Shown here: in pieces, positions 6,665-16,466 of the stretch
Layout of the letters: every line of letters starts with the position of its first letter
Position numbering within the stretch: position 1 is the stretch's first letter
Assembly: GCA_029866125.1 (NCBI GenBank)
Contig: JARWZZ010000007.1
Location: 341,519-405,518 of the forward strand
DNA: 64,000 nt
Reading direction: 5' to 3'
From: Limnobacter sp.
GTDB taxonomy: Bacteria; Pseudomonadota; Gammaproteobacteria; Burkholderiales; Burkholderiaceae_B
Position numbers and translations under genes: made by a program
The notes under the pieces: generated by a model
Told to the model about the DNA's origin: nothing
What the model saw: only the letters and a program-made list of their open reading frames with translations
Databases searched by the model: none

Positions 6665-9358
6665 ATGCCGTCACTTCTCGCCTTATTTGCTTTCATGTTG
6701 ATGGTTTTAGGGGGCTACGGTTACGTCAACCAGCCTGTTCAGGAACCACCTTGGACGCGGGTCATACCCGGGTTTGCCTTTTCTCCTTATCAGGAGGGGC
6801 AAAGCCCGTTGAACAACAGCCTCCCGTCTGTTGACGAAATTTCCAAAGATCTGGCCTTGCTGGCTGGCAAAACTCAAGCAATACGTACCTACACGGTTGC
6901 TGGTGTGTTTGGTGAAATTCCCCAGTTAGCAAAAAAGCACAACATCAATGTGGCCTTGGGCGCTTGGATCAGTGCTGACCTCGACGCCAACGCCAAAGAG
7001 TTGGACCGGCTGATGGAGGTGGCCCAAAGCCCTTCGCACAATGTGGTCCGTTTGATTGCGGGCAACGAGGTTTTGCTGCGCAAGGAACTGCGCTTGGACC
7101 AACTGACCGGGTATTTGGACAAGGTGCGAGAAGCCACGGACATACCCGTCAGCACCGCTGAGCCATGGCATGTTTGGCTTAAAAACCCCAAGTTGGCTGA
7201 GCATGTGGACTACTTGGCTGTCCATTTGCTGCCCTATTGGGAAGGGGTTGCGCTGGATAACGCGGTGGAGTTTTCCATGAATTCCTACCGGCAGTTGCAG
7301 CAGGCATTTCCGGGCAAAAAGATTGTGATTACCGAGGTGGGCTGGCCCAGTCAAGGCCGCTCCATCAGGCAGGCGGATGCATCACCCGCCAATCAAGCCA
7401 AATTTTTAAGAAGGTTTATTCACCGCGCTGAACAAGAAGACATCCTGTTTTATGTGATGGAGGCGTTTGACCAACCCTGGAAGGCTGACATCGAAGGCAG
7501 TGTAGGTGGCTATTGGGGCGTATTTGACAGTGGCAGGGCACCCAAATTTGAAACCCGAAGCCCGATTATTGCCATTCCTGAATGGAAGCTGCTTGCTGCC
7601 ACCTCGATTGTGGTGGCCTTGCTGCTGACCCTACTTTTGTTGACAGACGGTTCTGCTTTGAAGTTACGTGGGCGCGCATTCCTGATGTTCAACGCGTTTG
7701 TGGCTTCATCCTTGATTATCTACGTGGTGTACGATTTTTCGATTCAATATCACACTTGGGTGAGCGTCACGGTTTCTGCTTTGTTGCTTTTGGGCATGGT
7801 CGGCGTTTTTGTAATTGTGCTGGCCGAGGCGCATGAATGGGCTGAAGCCATGTGGTACCGGCAGCGTAGAAGGTTGCTTATTGCACCGGGTTTAAACCGT
7901 AAGCCTGTGCCCATGGTTGATACGCAAGAAGCGAGTCTAGGGCAGGGTGAACGCCTTCCATTTGTGTCTATTCATGTGCCTGCCTATGAAGAGCCTGCTG
8001 ACATGATGATTGCCACCTTGAATGCTTTGGCCAATTTGGACTATCCGCATTTTGAAGTGGTTGTGGTGGATAACAACACCCGCAATGAGTCCACATGGAG
8101 GCCGGTGGAGGCGCATTGCAAGGCGCTCAATTTGCAAAACCTGAGTGTGCAAAATCCCCGCGTTGAAGACAACAGGCGACCTGAAATTCAAGAAAAGCAG
8201 TTTCATTTTTACCATGTGAGCCCACTTTCAGGCTACAAGGCCGGTGCGCTGAATTATGCTTTGGAGCGCACCAGCAGCAAGGCTGAAGTGGTGGCGGTGA
8301 TTGATGCGGATTACAAAGTCACTTCCAACTGGTTGAAAGACTTGGTCCCCGAGTTTGCAAAACCTGAGCTGGCGATTGTGCAGGCCCCGCAGGATTATCG
8401 GGATGATTCGGACAGCCCCTTCAAAGCCATGTGTTCTGCCGAGTACAAAGGGTTTTTCCACTTGGGTATGGTCACTCGTAACGAGCGGAATGCGATTATT
8501 CAGCATGGCACCATGACCATGGTTCGTCGAACCGTGTTGGAGTCTGTTGGCGGCTGGGGCGTCAACACCATCACCGAAGACACCGAGTTGGGCTTGCGGA
8601 TTTTCGAGCATGGATTTGAGGCGGTGTACATCGATCAAAGCTACGGCAAAGGGTTGATTCCTGATACGTTTACTGATTACAAAAAGCAAAGGTACCGGTG
8701 GGCTTACGGCGCAATGCAAATTTTGCGTGAGCATGCAGGGCAGTTAATCGGATCCAAGGACAGTAAGCTGACACCCGGGCAGCGTTACCATTTTGTATCC
8801 GGCTGGTTGCCTTGGATTGCCGATGGTTTTAATTTGCTGTTCACTTTGATGGCGGTTGTGTGGTCTGCGTTGATTTTGTTTGACCCGATTGCTTACAATG
8901 CACCCCCGCTGTTAATTAGTGTGGTGCCGTTGATGTTCCTCGCCTTCAAAATTGCCAAATTGTTTACGCTGTATTTGGGCCACATCAAGACTGGTGTTGG
9001 CACAGCAATGTCAGCCATTTTGGTGGGCTTGTCTTTGAGTTACACCATTGGCAGGGCCACCTTATCGGGTTTGTTTATTGGGCGAAAAATTCCGTTTATA
9101 CGCACGCCTAAAATGAGCAGTGGGTTTGCCTTAATCAGCGCATTGAATTCAGCCCGAGATGAGGCTTTACTCGCATTTGTATTGCTGGGCTTGGTTGGCC
9201 TCTTTTACTTTCAACTTGGATTTGAGTCTCAAGAAAACTGGATGTGGTGCTTGGTGTTGGTGTCGCAAAGCCTGCCCCATTTGGCAGCCATTTTGGTGGC
9301 GATGATCAGCACCTTGGGTAACAACACATCTCAACAAATACCTCAAACAACTGCCTGA
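6665..9358 (+). CDS. ndvB: GH17 + GT2 fusion, NdvB-like (cyclic) beta-1,3-glucan synthase
   Basis: N-terminal GH17 (GNEVLL, ITEVGWPS), TM segment, GT2 motifs (YKAGALN, IDADY, ITEDTEL, QRYRW); start placed at ATG 6665. Confidence 0.8.
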   Translation: MPSLLALFAFMLMVLGGYGYVNQPVQEPPWTRVIPGFAFSPYQEGQSPLNNSLPSVDEISKDLALLAGKTQAIRTYTVAGVFGEIPQLAKKHNINVALGAWISADLDANAKELDRLMEVAQSPSHNVVRLIAGNEVLLRKELRLDQLTGYLDKVREATDIPVSTAEPWHVWLKNPKLAEHVDYLAVHLLPYWEGVALDNAVEFSMNSYRQLQQAFPGKKIVITEVGWPSQGRSIRQADASPANQAKFLRRFIHRAEQEDILFYVMEAFDQPWKADIEGSVGGYWGVFDSGRAPKFETRSPIIAIPEWKLLAATSIVVALLLTLLLLTDGSALKLRGRAFLMFNAFVASSLIIYVVYDFSIQYHTWVSVTVSALLLLGMVGVFVIVLAEAHEWAEAMWYRQRRRLLIAPGLNRKPVPMVDTQEASLGQGERLPFVSIHVPAYEEPADMMIATLNALANLDYPHFEVVVVDNNTRNESTWRPVEAHCKALNLQNLSVQNPRVEDNRRPEIQEKQFHFYHVSPLSGYKAGALNYALERTSSKAEVVAVIDADYKVTSNWLKDLVPEFAKPELAIVQAPQDYRDDSDSPFKAMCSAEYKGFFHLGMVTRNERNAIIQHGTMTMVRRTVLESVGGWGVNTITEDTELGLRIFEHGFEAVYIDQSYGKGLIPDTFTDYKKQRYRWAYGAMQILREHAGQLIGSKDSKLTPGQRYHFVSGWLPWIADGFNLLFTLMAVVWSALILFDPIAYNAPPLLISVVPLMFLAFKIAKLFTLYLGHIKTGVGTAMSAILVGLSLSYTIGRATLSGLFIGRKIPFIRTPKMSSGFALISALNSARDEALLAFVLLGLVGLFYFQLGFESQENWMWCLVLVSQSLPHLAAILVAMISTLGNNTSQQIPQTTA

Positions 9359-9361
9359 AAA

Positions 9362-11053
9362 ATGACCAGCAACCTGTTTAAACAACTTTCTAATCCTGCA
9401 CGGTTGGCCTTGCTGCTTCTTGCGCTGGTGTTTTTAAATGCGGTGCTGAGTTTTACCGCTGTGTGGCCCACTTTGTTTGTGGTGCCCGATGCACGAATTT
9501 CCCCCGAGTTTATTGGCTTTTTGGTGGTGTTGACGGCATGGATGGCCTTGGCCGGCAAACCTGCGCAGCGAGTTTTGGCTGTTGCGGCAGGCTTTTATGC
9601 TTTGTTGGTGCTGTGCAGGTATGCGGATGTGGTTATTCCCAATATATTGGGGCGCCCGGTTAACTTGTATTGGGACGTGCCTGAATTGCCCCGGTTTGCA
9701 TGGGTAACAGCCCAAGGTTTGCCGTGGTGGCTTTCAGTGTCCGCACTTGTTTTAATGGTAGGGGCGGTGTGGGGCTTTCACAGGCTGTTGCTCAAATCCA
9801 TGTTGACTGTGGTTGATGGTTTGCAACCCTTTGCGCGTCGCCCATGGCTGTGGGGTATTTTGCTGCTGCTTTCTGCAGGCGCCGCCACTTGCTATTTGGG
9901 TTTGCGCAATCCAGATTCACCCCTTGTAAAAGCCGTGGCCACAGTGGTGTCCAAGCCTGTGCTGCCCACCTATGTCACTGAACTTGGCAAGCTGTGGGAC
10001 ATCATGTCCCCAGAACGTGCAGCGCGCCTACTGCCCGAGTCCACGGTGGTAGACGCTGCGCTTAAAAAACCAGTTGGCAGGTCGTTGGCCCAATTGCAGG
10101 GCCGCGATGTGCACCTGATTTTTCTTGAAACCTATGGTGCTGTGCTTTATGACCAAGCAGAATCTGAAGCCGCCACTGTGGATACGCGCAACCAGCTTGA
10201 AAAGGCCATACAAACCAGTGGTCGGCAAGTGGTGTCTGCGTTTTACAAATCACCCACCATTGGTGGCGCAAGCGATTTGGCGCATTTGTCGTTGTTATCG
10301 GGTATTGATTTGAGCGATTCCCGCAAACACGATGTGCTGCTGACCACAACCCGGCCCACTTTGTTGAAGGTGTTTCAACACGAGGGTTATGACGTGTTTG
10401 GTTTATACCATTCTGTGGCTTGGGACTGGGTGGAACGTGTTTTTTACGGCTTTGATGTGTATTTGAGTGGGCCAGATTTGGGTTATGAAGGGCCTGCATT
10501 TGGGTTTTGGAAAATACCCGACCAATTTGCAATTGCGCGTGTGGAGCAAATGTACCCGCGGACCCAAAGCGCAAAGCCACGCTTGACCCTGTTCCCAACC
10601 ATATCAAGCCATTTTCCGTTTCACCAAGTGCCGCCTTACCAGCCAGATTGGCAGCGCCTTTTAGGGCCTAATCCCTTTGAAGCGGACGACGCTGCTCGCG
10701 CACAGGCTGAGCCTGTAAGCTGGGAATACATGAAGCCGGACTACCTACGAACCATCAATTATGTGAACACGTGGTTGGCGGGTATGTTCAAGCAACCGGA
10801 GCCACGCGAGACGGTGTACCTGCTGATTGGCGACCACCAACCCACGGGCAGTGTGACCCGTGAAGACACGCCTTGGGATGTGCCCGTGTTTGTGGTGTCA
10901 AGTGATGCCCAGTTGCTGGATGCTTTTCGCGCCCAAGGCTTTAGTGATGGATTACGTCCCAAGCAACGCAAACCCCTCGGCGGCCTTCACGACCTGACCG
11001 AGGTGTTACTCAAAGGGTTTGGGGGCAGCGTCACCGAACTTACATCTAAATAG
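9362..11053 (+). CDS. Membrane-anchored alkaline-phosphatase/sulfatase-superfamily protein
   Basis: N-terminal TMs; LIFLETYG, SPTIGG, ISSHFPF and IGDHQP motifs; 3 nt after ndvB. Confidence 0.7.
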   Translation: MTSNLFKQLSNPARLALLLLALVFLNAVLSFTAVWPTLFVVPDARISPEFIGFLVVLTAWMALAGKPAQRVLAVAAGFYALLVLCRYADVVIPNILGRPVNLYWDVPELPRFAWVTAQGLPWWLSVSALVLMVGAVWGFHRLLLKSMLTVVDGLQPFARRPWLWGILLLLSAGAATCYLGLRNPDSPLVKAVATVVSKPVLPTYVTELGKLWDIMSPERAARLLPESTVVDAALKKPVGRSLAQLQGRDVHLIFLETYGAVLYDQAESEAATVDTRNQLEKAIQTSGRQVVSAFYKSPTIGGASDLAHLSLLSGIDLSDSRKHDVLLTTTRPTLLKVFQHEGYDVFGLYHSVAWDWVERVFYGFDVYLSGPDLGYEGPAFGFWKIPDQFAIARVEQMYPRTQSAKPRLTLFPTISSHFPFHQVPPYQPDWQRLLGPNPFEADDAARAQAEPVSWEYMKPDYLRTINYVNTWLAGMFKQPEPRETVYLLIGDHQPTGSVTREDTPWDVPVFVVSSDAQLLDAFRAQGFSDGLRPKQRKPLGGLHDLTEVLLKGFGGSVTELTSK

Positions 11054-12524
11054 ACGGGCAGGAGTCAAACCAGGGCTTGGCCACTTCAAGTTGGGAGGCC
11101 AATCTGAACAAACGCCCCTCTTGAGCAAATGGCGCCATAAATTGCACACCGATTGGAAGCCCATCTGGCGTCCAGTGCAAAGGCACGCTCATGGAAGGTG
11201 TGCCTGTTAAATTGGACAATTGGGTAAAAGGCACCCGCCGCAAATTGGCTTGACCCGTTTTGTGCACTTGGCCACTTTTAAGCAGCAGCTTGCCCAGCTT
11301 CATAGACAGCAAGGGTTTAAGCGCCGCTTGTTGCCAAGCCGGGGTGTTTTGCTCGCCGATGAGGGCTGGAATGGCTGCCACGGTGGGCGTCATGTAAATG
11401 TCGTAGGATTTATAAAACTTGCCCAAAGCACGGGCATAGCTGTTCCACCTGAAAAGGGTTCGAGTGTACTCACCCGCGCTGAGTGCGCTACCCAAAGCCG
11501 CCAATGCTTGAGTGTCGGGTTCAAAATCACTGGCTGAAGCTCCAGTTTTGAGTTTTGCTTCAGCCATGTTTGCGGCGGTTTGGCCCATGTACATGGTCAA
11601 AAACGAATCAGCCAGTTCAATGCCATCAACCTCGGGCTCTGCTTTTTCCACTTCATGCCCAAGACTGCGCAAAAGCTGGATGGTGTCGAGCACGGCTTTG
11701 ATGCATTCGGTATCCACCTCCAAGCCTAAGGGGGACCTTGTGGAATAAGCAATGCGAAGCTTTCCGGGTGCCATCGATACCTCTTCAAGGAAAGGGCGTG
11801 ATGGCGGCTTGATGTGGAAGGGGGCACCTGTATCTGGCCCATGAAGGGCGTCCAGCATGGCCGCACTGTCACGCACGCTGCGGGTAAGCACATGCTCACT
11901 GGAGGCCCCGTGCCAGAATTCCGCAAAATGTGGCCCGGAAGGTACGCGCCCACGTGAAGGGCGCAAGCCAAACAGCCCGCAGTGGGAGGAGGGTATGCGT
12001 ATAGAGCCACCGCCGTCGCTTGCACCTGCGATGGGGACAATGCCCGAAGCAACCGCTGCCGCTGCGCCGCCGGAGGACCCGCCCGGGGTCCGGTCCAAAT
12101 TCCACGGGTTGCGTGTTGGGCCCCAAAAAGTTGGCTCGGTTGTGCCTTTGAGTGCAAATTCGGGTGTGTTGGTTTTGCCAAATATGACCAAACCTGCGTT
12201 CAAGCACCGTTGTACATATTCAGAATGCTCGGTGGGTACAAAGTTTTTAAGTGCCCGGCTGCCCGCTGTGGTGGGCACACCCGCGTAGTGCTGTGCAATG
12301 TCTTTGATCAAAAATGGCACGCCTGCAAAAGGCCCAGTCAGTTTGCTGTGGGTTTGCTTTTCGGCAAGCTCATACATGGGTATGGTGATTGCATTCAATT
12401 TGGGGTTCACTTCATTGGCCCTGGCCAAGGCGCAGTCCAGCAGCTCTTTGGGGCTGACCTCTCGTTTGTGAACCAGTTCGGCCAAGCCCACTGCATCGTG
12501 CTTGCGGTATTCCTCAAATTTCAT
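11046..12524 (-). CDS. Amidase signature family enzyme
   Basis: PFLIKD, GKTNTPEF, GGSSGGAAAAV, SDGGGSIRIP. Confidence 0.93.
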   Translation of the reverse strand: MKFEEYRKHDAVGLAELVHKREVSPKELLDCALARANEVNPKLNAITIPMYELAEKQTHSKLTGPFAGVPFLIKDIAQHYAGVPTTAGSRALKNFVPTEHSEYVQRCLNAGLVIFGKTNTPEFALKGTTEPTFWGPTRNPWNLDRTPGGSSGGAAAAVASGIVPIAGASDGGGSIRIPSSHCGLFGLRPSRGRVPSGPHFAEFWHGASSEHVLTRSVRDSAAMLDALHGPDTGAPFHIKPPSRPFLEEVSMAPGKLRIAYSTRSPLGLEVDTECIKAVLDTIQLLRSLGHEVEKAEPEVDGIELADSFLTMYMGQTAANMAEAKLKTGASASDFEPDTQALAALGSALSAGEYTRTLFRWNSYARALGKFYKSYDIYMTPTVAAIPALIGEQNTPAWQQAALKPLLSMKLGKLLLKSGQVHKTGQANLRRVPFTQLSNLTGTPSMSVPLHWTPDGLPIGVQFMAPFAQEGRLFRLASQLEVAKPWFDSCPSI

Positions 12525-12677
12525 GACTGCCTCTTCCTGCTGGGTGTTGAATATTTTTGTTCAGTTTACAAGTAAAAAATGCGGATTGCGGGGCCCAATA
12601 CTGCACTTTGAGTGGAGGCTACTGGCAGATTGGGTCTACTATCACGCTAATTCAAATCCAAGCGGAGAACTCCAATC

Positions 12678-13034
12678 ATGAAAGCAAGACAATTAAAGAA
12701 ACTGCACCTGGGTGAGTATGCAGAGTTCATCCTTCCCTTTACTGCAGTCATGGGTGAGAAGGTCAATGACGACGAATTCGGTGTGTTTGTGACTGAGTTT
12801 TCTACCTTTTTGAACTCAAACCACTTGGGTTTTGGTTTTTTGACTTTGGTTGAAGAAGGCCCACCCATGAAAGTTTACGGTGCGGTAGAGCCCCTTCGCC
12901 GTCCATGGAACAAGGATTTTGTGGGTTTGACTGATGCGCAGCAGGCGCTGGTGAAAACATGGTTGGAAGGCAGCCGCCATGTGACCAACGTGAACATGCA
13001 CGAGCTGAAAGATGCTTGGTACGGTGAGTTTTGA
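12678..13034 (+). CDS. yggL: YggL (DUF469) ribosome-binding protein
   Basis: LKKLHLGEY N-terminus and DAWYG C-terminus. Confidence 0.8.
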   Translation: MKARQLKKLHLGEYAEFILPFTAVMGEKVNDDEFGVFVTEFSTFLNSNHLGFGFLTLVEEGPPMKVYGAVEPLRRPWNKDFVGLTDAQQALVKTWLEGSRHVTNVNMHELKDAWYGEF

Positions 13035-13051
13035 TTCAAGGGTCAATGGTG

Positions 13052-13270
13052 ATGCAAGACATTCTGATTAATAAAGAACCAGTTGAACTGTACAAAATCC
13101 TGAAGTTTATGGGAATGTCAGCCAGCGGCGCGGATGCCAAAAACAGGGTGGCGGACGGCATGGTGAAAGTAAATGGTCAGATTGAATTGCAAAAACGCAA
13201 AAAAATCATGTCTGGCGATGTGATTGAGTTTGATGGGCAGAAGTTCAAGGCGCGATTGGAGTCGATTTAG
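13052..13270 (+). CDS. S4-domain RNA-binding protein (YbcJ/YaaA-like)
   Basis: LYKILK..SGADAK..G.VKVNG.IE.QKRKKI..GD. Confidence 0.88.
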   Translation: MQDILINKEPVELYKILKFMGMSASGADAKNRVADGMVKVNGQIELQKRKKIMSGDVIEFDGQKFKARLESI

Positions 13271-13321
13271 CGTTTATCGAGTGAGCGGCTATCGAGTTTC
13301 TGCCTGAGGTTTATTTGCTCT

Positions 13322-13924
13322 ATGCCCAGCACTATTTTAACGCCCGCACACAGCGAACTGATCGTCAAAAAAAGTCGGTTTATCGGCTGTGTGCAGCCAG
13401 TGCCAGACCGCAGCACTGCCAAACAGATTGTTGAAAGCCTGTGGGCACAACATCCGGGTGCCGCACATGTGTGTTGGGCTTTGATGGCGGGCGGACAGTC
13501 GGCTGCAGTGGATGATGGTGAGCCCAGCGGCACAGCCGGTCGGCCAATGCTGGACGTGTTGCGGCATCAAGACCTTGAAGGTGTATTGGCCACGGTGGTG
13601 CGTTACTTTGGCGGGGTCAAGCTGGGCGCAGGGGGCTTGGTGGGTGCGTACACGGACTGTATTGCTCAAGCCTTATTGAATGCCGACAAAATTCCAATCC
13701 TGAAACAATGCCATTTGCACTGCCAAGCGCCTTACTCTTTAGAAGGCTTTATTCGTCGGCAGATAGATGCTTCAGGGGCCATGTTGACAAGCGTACAGCA
13801 TGGGTCATTGGTGGATTTTAAAATCACTTTGCCTGAATGTGCCGCTGCGGAATTTGTGGCGCGAATCAATGAGTTTGGGCAGGGGCGAGTGGGGTGGGTA
13901 AAACCCGTGGGTGAGCAAAGCTAA
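13322..13924 (+). CDS. yigZ: IMPACT/YigZ family protein
   Basis: KKSRFI, DDGEPSGTAGRPML, VVRYFGGVKLGAGGL. Confidence 0.93.
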   Translation: MPSTILTPAHSELIVKKSRFIGCVQPVPDRSTAKQIVESLWAQHPGAAHVCWALMAGGQSAAVDDGEPSGTAGRPMLDVLRHQDLEGVLATVVRYFGGVKLGAGGLVGAYTDCIAQALLNADKIPILKQCHLHCQAPYSLEGFIRRQIDASGAMLTSVQHGSLVDFKITLPECAAAEFVARINEFGQGRVGWVKPVGEQS

Positions 13925-13969
13925 CTTTTTTGTAGATCCGTGGGCTGATTCCTACGGTCGTTTCCTTGG

Positions 13970-14215
13970 TCATTCATGCAAAGCCAAGTTGAGTTGGTCC
14001 ACGATGCCAGCCCAGTCGGAGTCAATTTCTATGCACTTTCTAAGCGCGGTGGCTTGGCTTTGTGTCCAAAATGTGGCGTCTTCCAGTTTGACATGCGAGT
14101 CCAGCGGTGAATGCCTCTCCAAAAATTGAGTGATTGATTCATCATCGGATGGCAGGCCTAGCGAGTCAAATAGCTCGGCAAAGCGGTGAATGGGTTTTTC
14201 CATGGTGTGGCTCAA
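13970..14215 (-). CDS. DUF2789 family protein
   Basis: ELFDSLGLPSD..I..FL..H..L..A.FWT..QA..L..D.DW..VDQL..L. Confidence 0.82.
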   Translation of the reverse strand: MSHTMEKPIHRFAELFDSLGLPSDDESITQFLERHSPLDSHVKLEDATFWTQSQATALRKCIEIDSDWAGIVDQLNLALHE

Positions 14216-14329
14216 TCCAAATAAACGAGCATCTATCCTACTCCCTTATGGGTGCAAATCTCCATTTTGTACACAATGGGTTGGGTTCTGCTTTTAAGTT
14301 GTAAGTATTAGCTGGGGTAAAATTCAAGC

Positions 14330-15580
14330 ATGAATTCATCCAATCCACTCCAAAATGGCTCTGCCAAGTCTTCTGCACTAAGAAGCTTGCCTTTCATTCA
14401 ATTGATGCTGTTCCGCATAGGAATCACATTGTGCTATCAAACCCTATCTGTGGCGGTGGGTTGGCATGTGTTTGATTTGACCAAGGATGTGATGTCTTTG
14501 GGATGGGTGGGGCTTGCCGAGTTGATTCCTTACTTTGCCACTGCCTTGGTGGCTGGGCATTGGGTGGACACTTATTCCCGTAAAAAGCTGACCATACTGG
14601 CAGGCTTAACACATGTGATTTTGGCCCTTGCCATTGCATTATTTACTGCCGATGAGCACGCTTGGACAGTGGCCTTTTTATACGCAGCAGTGGCGGTGGG
14701 CGGGCTGGCCCGTGCTTTTGTGCGCCCTTTGTATCAAACCTTAATCGCTTCTGTTTTACCGCGCGAGGATTACGCCCGTGGTGCAGCAGTCAGTACCACC
14801 ACCTTCCAAGCCTGTTTGGTGCTGGGGCCTGCCACCAGCGGTTTGGTAATTGCTTATGGTGGCGTAAACAGTGCCTACATGCTGGCTGCTGCATTTGCAC
14901 TGGTTGGGCTGATCGCGGGTTGGATGTTGAAAGAGGTGTATGCCGTGCATCAGGCCAAACCTGGGCCGATTGTCCAAAGCATTCGTGAAGGTTTGTCTTT
15001 TGTATTCAAAAGCAACATCATTTTGGCGGCGTTGTCCCTGGACATGTTTGCAGTGCTGTTTGGTGGGGCAGTGTCCCTGTTGCCTGCTTTTATCAGCGAG
15101 GTGTTGCAGGGTGACCCCAGCGTATTGGGTTACCTAAGGGCTGCCCCGGCTTTGGGGTCTACGATTGTGGGCCTGGTACTGGCCAAGTTTATGCTGGACC
15201 GTTATGCGGGCAAAATCCTACTGCTTTCGGTGGTTGCATTTGGTTTGTGCATCATCGGTTTTGCCTTGTCCACCACGGTTGTCATGGCATTTGTATTTTT
15301 ATTTTTGTCCGGTGTGTTTGATGGGGTGTCAGTGGTGGTGCGCTCGACCATTTTGCAGCTGTGCACACCGGATGAAATGCGGGGCAGGGTGTCTGCCATC
15401 AATGGGCTATTTATTGGCTCATCCAATGAGCTTGGGGCATTTGAATCGGGCTTGGCCGCCAGCATGTTGGGGCTGGTGCCTTCGATGGTGGTGGGTGGCG
15501 TAATTACAGTGCTGGTTGTGGGTGTAACCGACAGGTTGGCCCCCGCATTGCGTAAGCTAAATATGTCCGATCTTCAATAG
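14330..15580 (+). CDS. MFS transporter (EntS-like/MFS_3)
   Basis: About 12 hydrophobic segments; D.F.VLFGGA and P.EMRGRV motifs. Confidence 0.9.
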   Translation: MNSSNPLQNGSAKSSALRSLPFIQLMLFRIGITLCYQTLSVAVGWHVFDLTKDVMSLGWVGLAELIPYFATALVAGHWVDTYSRKKLTILAGLTHVILALAIALFTADEHAWTVAFLYAAVAVGGLARAFVRPLYQTLIASVLPREDYARGAAVSTTTFQACLVLGPATSGLVIAYGGVNSAYMLAAAFALVGLIAGWMLKEVYAVHQAKPGPIVQSIREGLSFVFKSNIILAALSLDMFAVLFGGAVSLLPAFISEVLQGDPSVLGYLRAAPALGSTIVGLVLAKFMLDRYAGKILLLSVVAFGLCIIGFALSTTVVMAFVFLFLSGVFDGVSVVVRSTILQLCTPDEMRGRVSAINGLFIGSSNELGAFESGLAASMLGLVPSMVVGGVITVLVVGVTDRLAPALRKLNMSDLQ

Positions 15581-15616
15581 TGTCTGATCTTCAATAGTTT
15601 CTGATTTTCAATAGTG
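15566..15616 (+). repeat. 17-bp tandem repeat x3 spanning the MFS stop codon
   Basis: TCCGATCTTCAATAGTG / TCTGATCTTCAATAGTT / TCTGATTTTCAATAGTG. Confidence 0.85.
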
Positions 15617-15621
15617 CCTTG

Positions 15622-16338
15622 TTATTTCCAGGTGTTCCACATCTTCGGTTTGGGTGGGGGTGTGCACACACCTCTTCTGGGTTTCATCTGACTGTCCAGT
15701 ATTCGGCACCACACAATCAGTAGTTTTCTCATTTCACCCGGCTCGCGCAACAAATGCGCGTCAGCCGCCATGCCCCGGACCACCCACTGGGTCAGGGTCA
15801 TGATGTCGGGTATGGTTTCCGCATGGGCTCGGGGTTCAAAGTAATGGTGGGTGGCTTGTATCAACATCTCCATACACACGCCTGCCAGTTGCCGCATAAT
15901 CTGCGCCAAATCCGCATCGTTGCGGCTGGCATTCATCAGCTCAAGAATGACCAGATTTTCTCGTGTTTTGAAAAGCATGTCCCAGCAGTTCAAAATCATT
16001 CCCTCAAGCTGGCTGTTGGCGCTTGCTGCAGGTGAACTTTCCTCGGCTGAATGAACCCCGCCTGAATAACCCACCGTTGCCACTGCTTCACCCAACAGGC
16101 GATAAAGCCTTTTAGCCAGTTGCAAGGTTGCCGCTTCGATCAACAGTGATTTGTTGGGGAAGTGGTGCAGAAAAGCGCCCCGCGACGTATGTGCCGTTTC
16201 AATGATTCGACTGACTGTGGTGCTGGCGTAGCCCTCTTCGGCAATGCAGTCCAGCGTGGCTTCAATCAGCCGTTCCCGCATTTGCTCGGTGCGTTCACCC
16301 TGTGAGCGTCGGGTGGAGTTTGATTTGATGGATTCCAT
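15622..16338 (-). CDS. TetR-family regulator
   Basis: RERLIEAT..I.E.GY..TT...I...A..SRGA..HHFP.K. Confidence 0.93.
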   Translation of the reverse strand: MESIKSNSTRRSQGERTEQMRERLIEATLDCIAEEGYASTTVSRIIETAHTSRGAFLHHFPNKSLLIEAATLQLAKRLYRLLGEAVATVGYSGGVHSAEESSPAASANSQLEGMILNCWDMLFKTRENLVILELMNASRNDADLAQIMRQLAGVCMEMLIQATHHYFEPRAHAETIPDIMTLTQWVVRGMAADAHLLREPGEMRKLLIVWCRILDSQMKPRRGVCTPPPKPKMWNTWK

Positions 16339-16402
16339 GGGCTGGATTATCTCAAAGAATTTTCGGAATGTAAGTGGCCGGGGTACACAGTGTTATTAAA
16401 AA

Positions 16403-16420
16403 ACAGTATGCTTGTACTGT
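16403..16420. promoter_or_regulatory. Palindrome ACAGTA-N6-TACTGT, likely TetR operator
   Basis: Perfect inverted repeat between divergent tetR and acyl-CoA dehydrogenase genes. Confidence 0.55.
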
Positions 16421-16466
16421 AAATAAAAATTATCACAGGAGATACAACTTGAGCGCATTGCCACCC

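Noticed and set aside
8125-8200. Polar insertion (LNLQNLSVQNPRVEDNRRPEIQEK) in NdvB
   Set aside because: In frame and probably a variable loop; no evidence of an intein or mobile insert.
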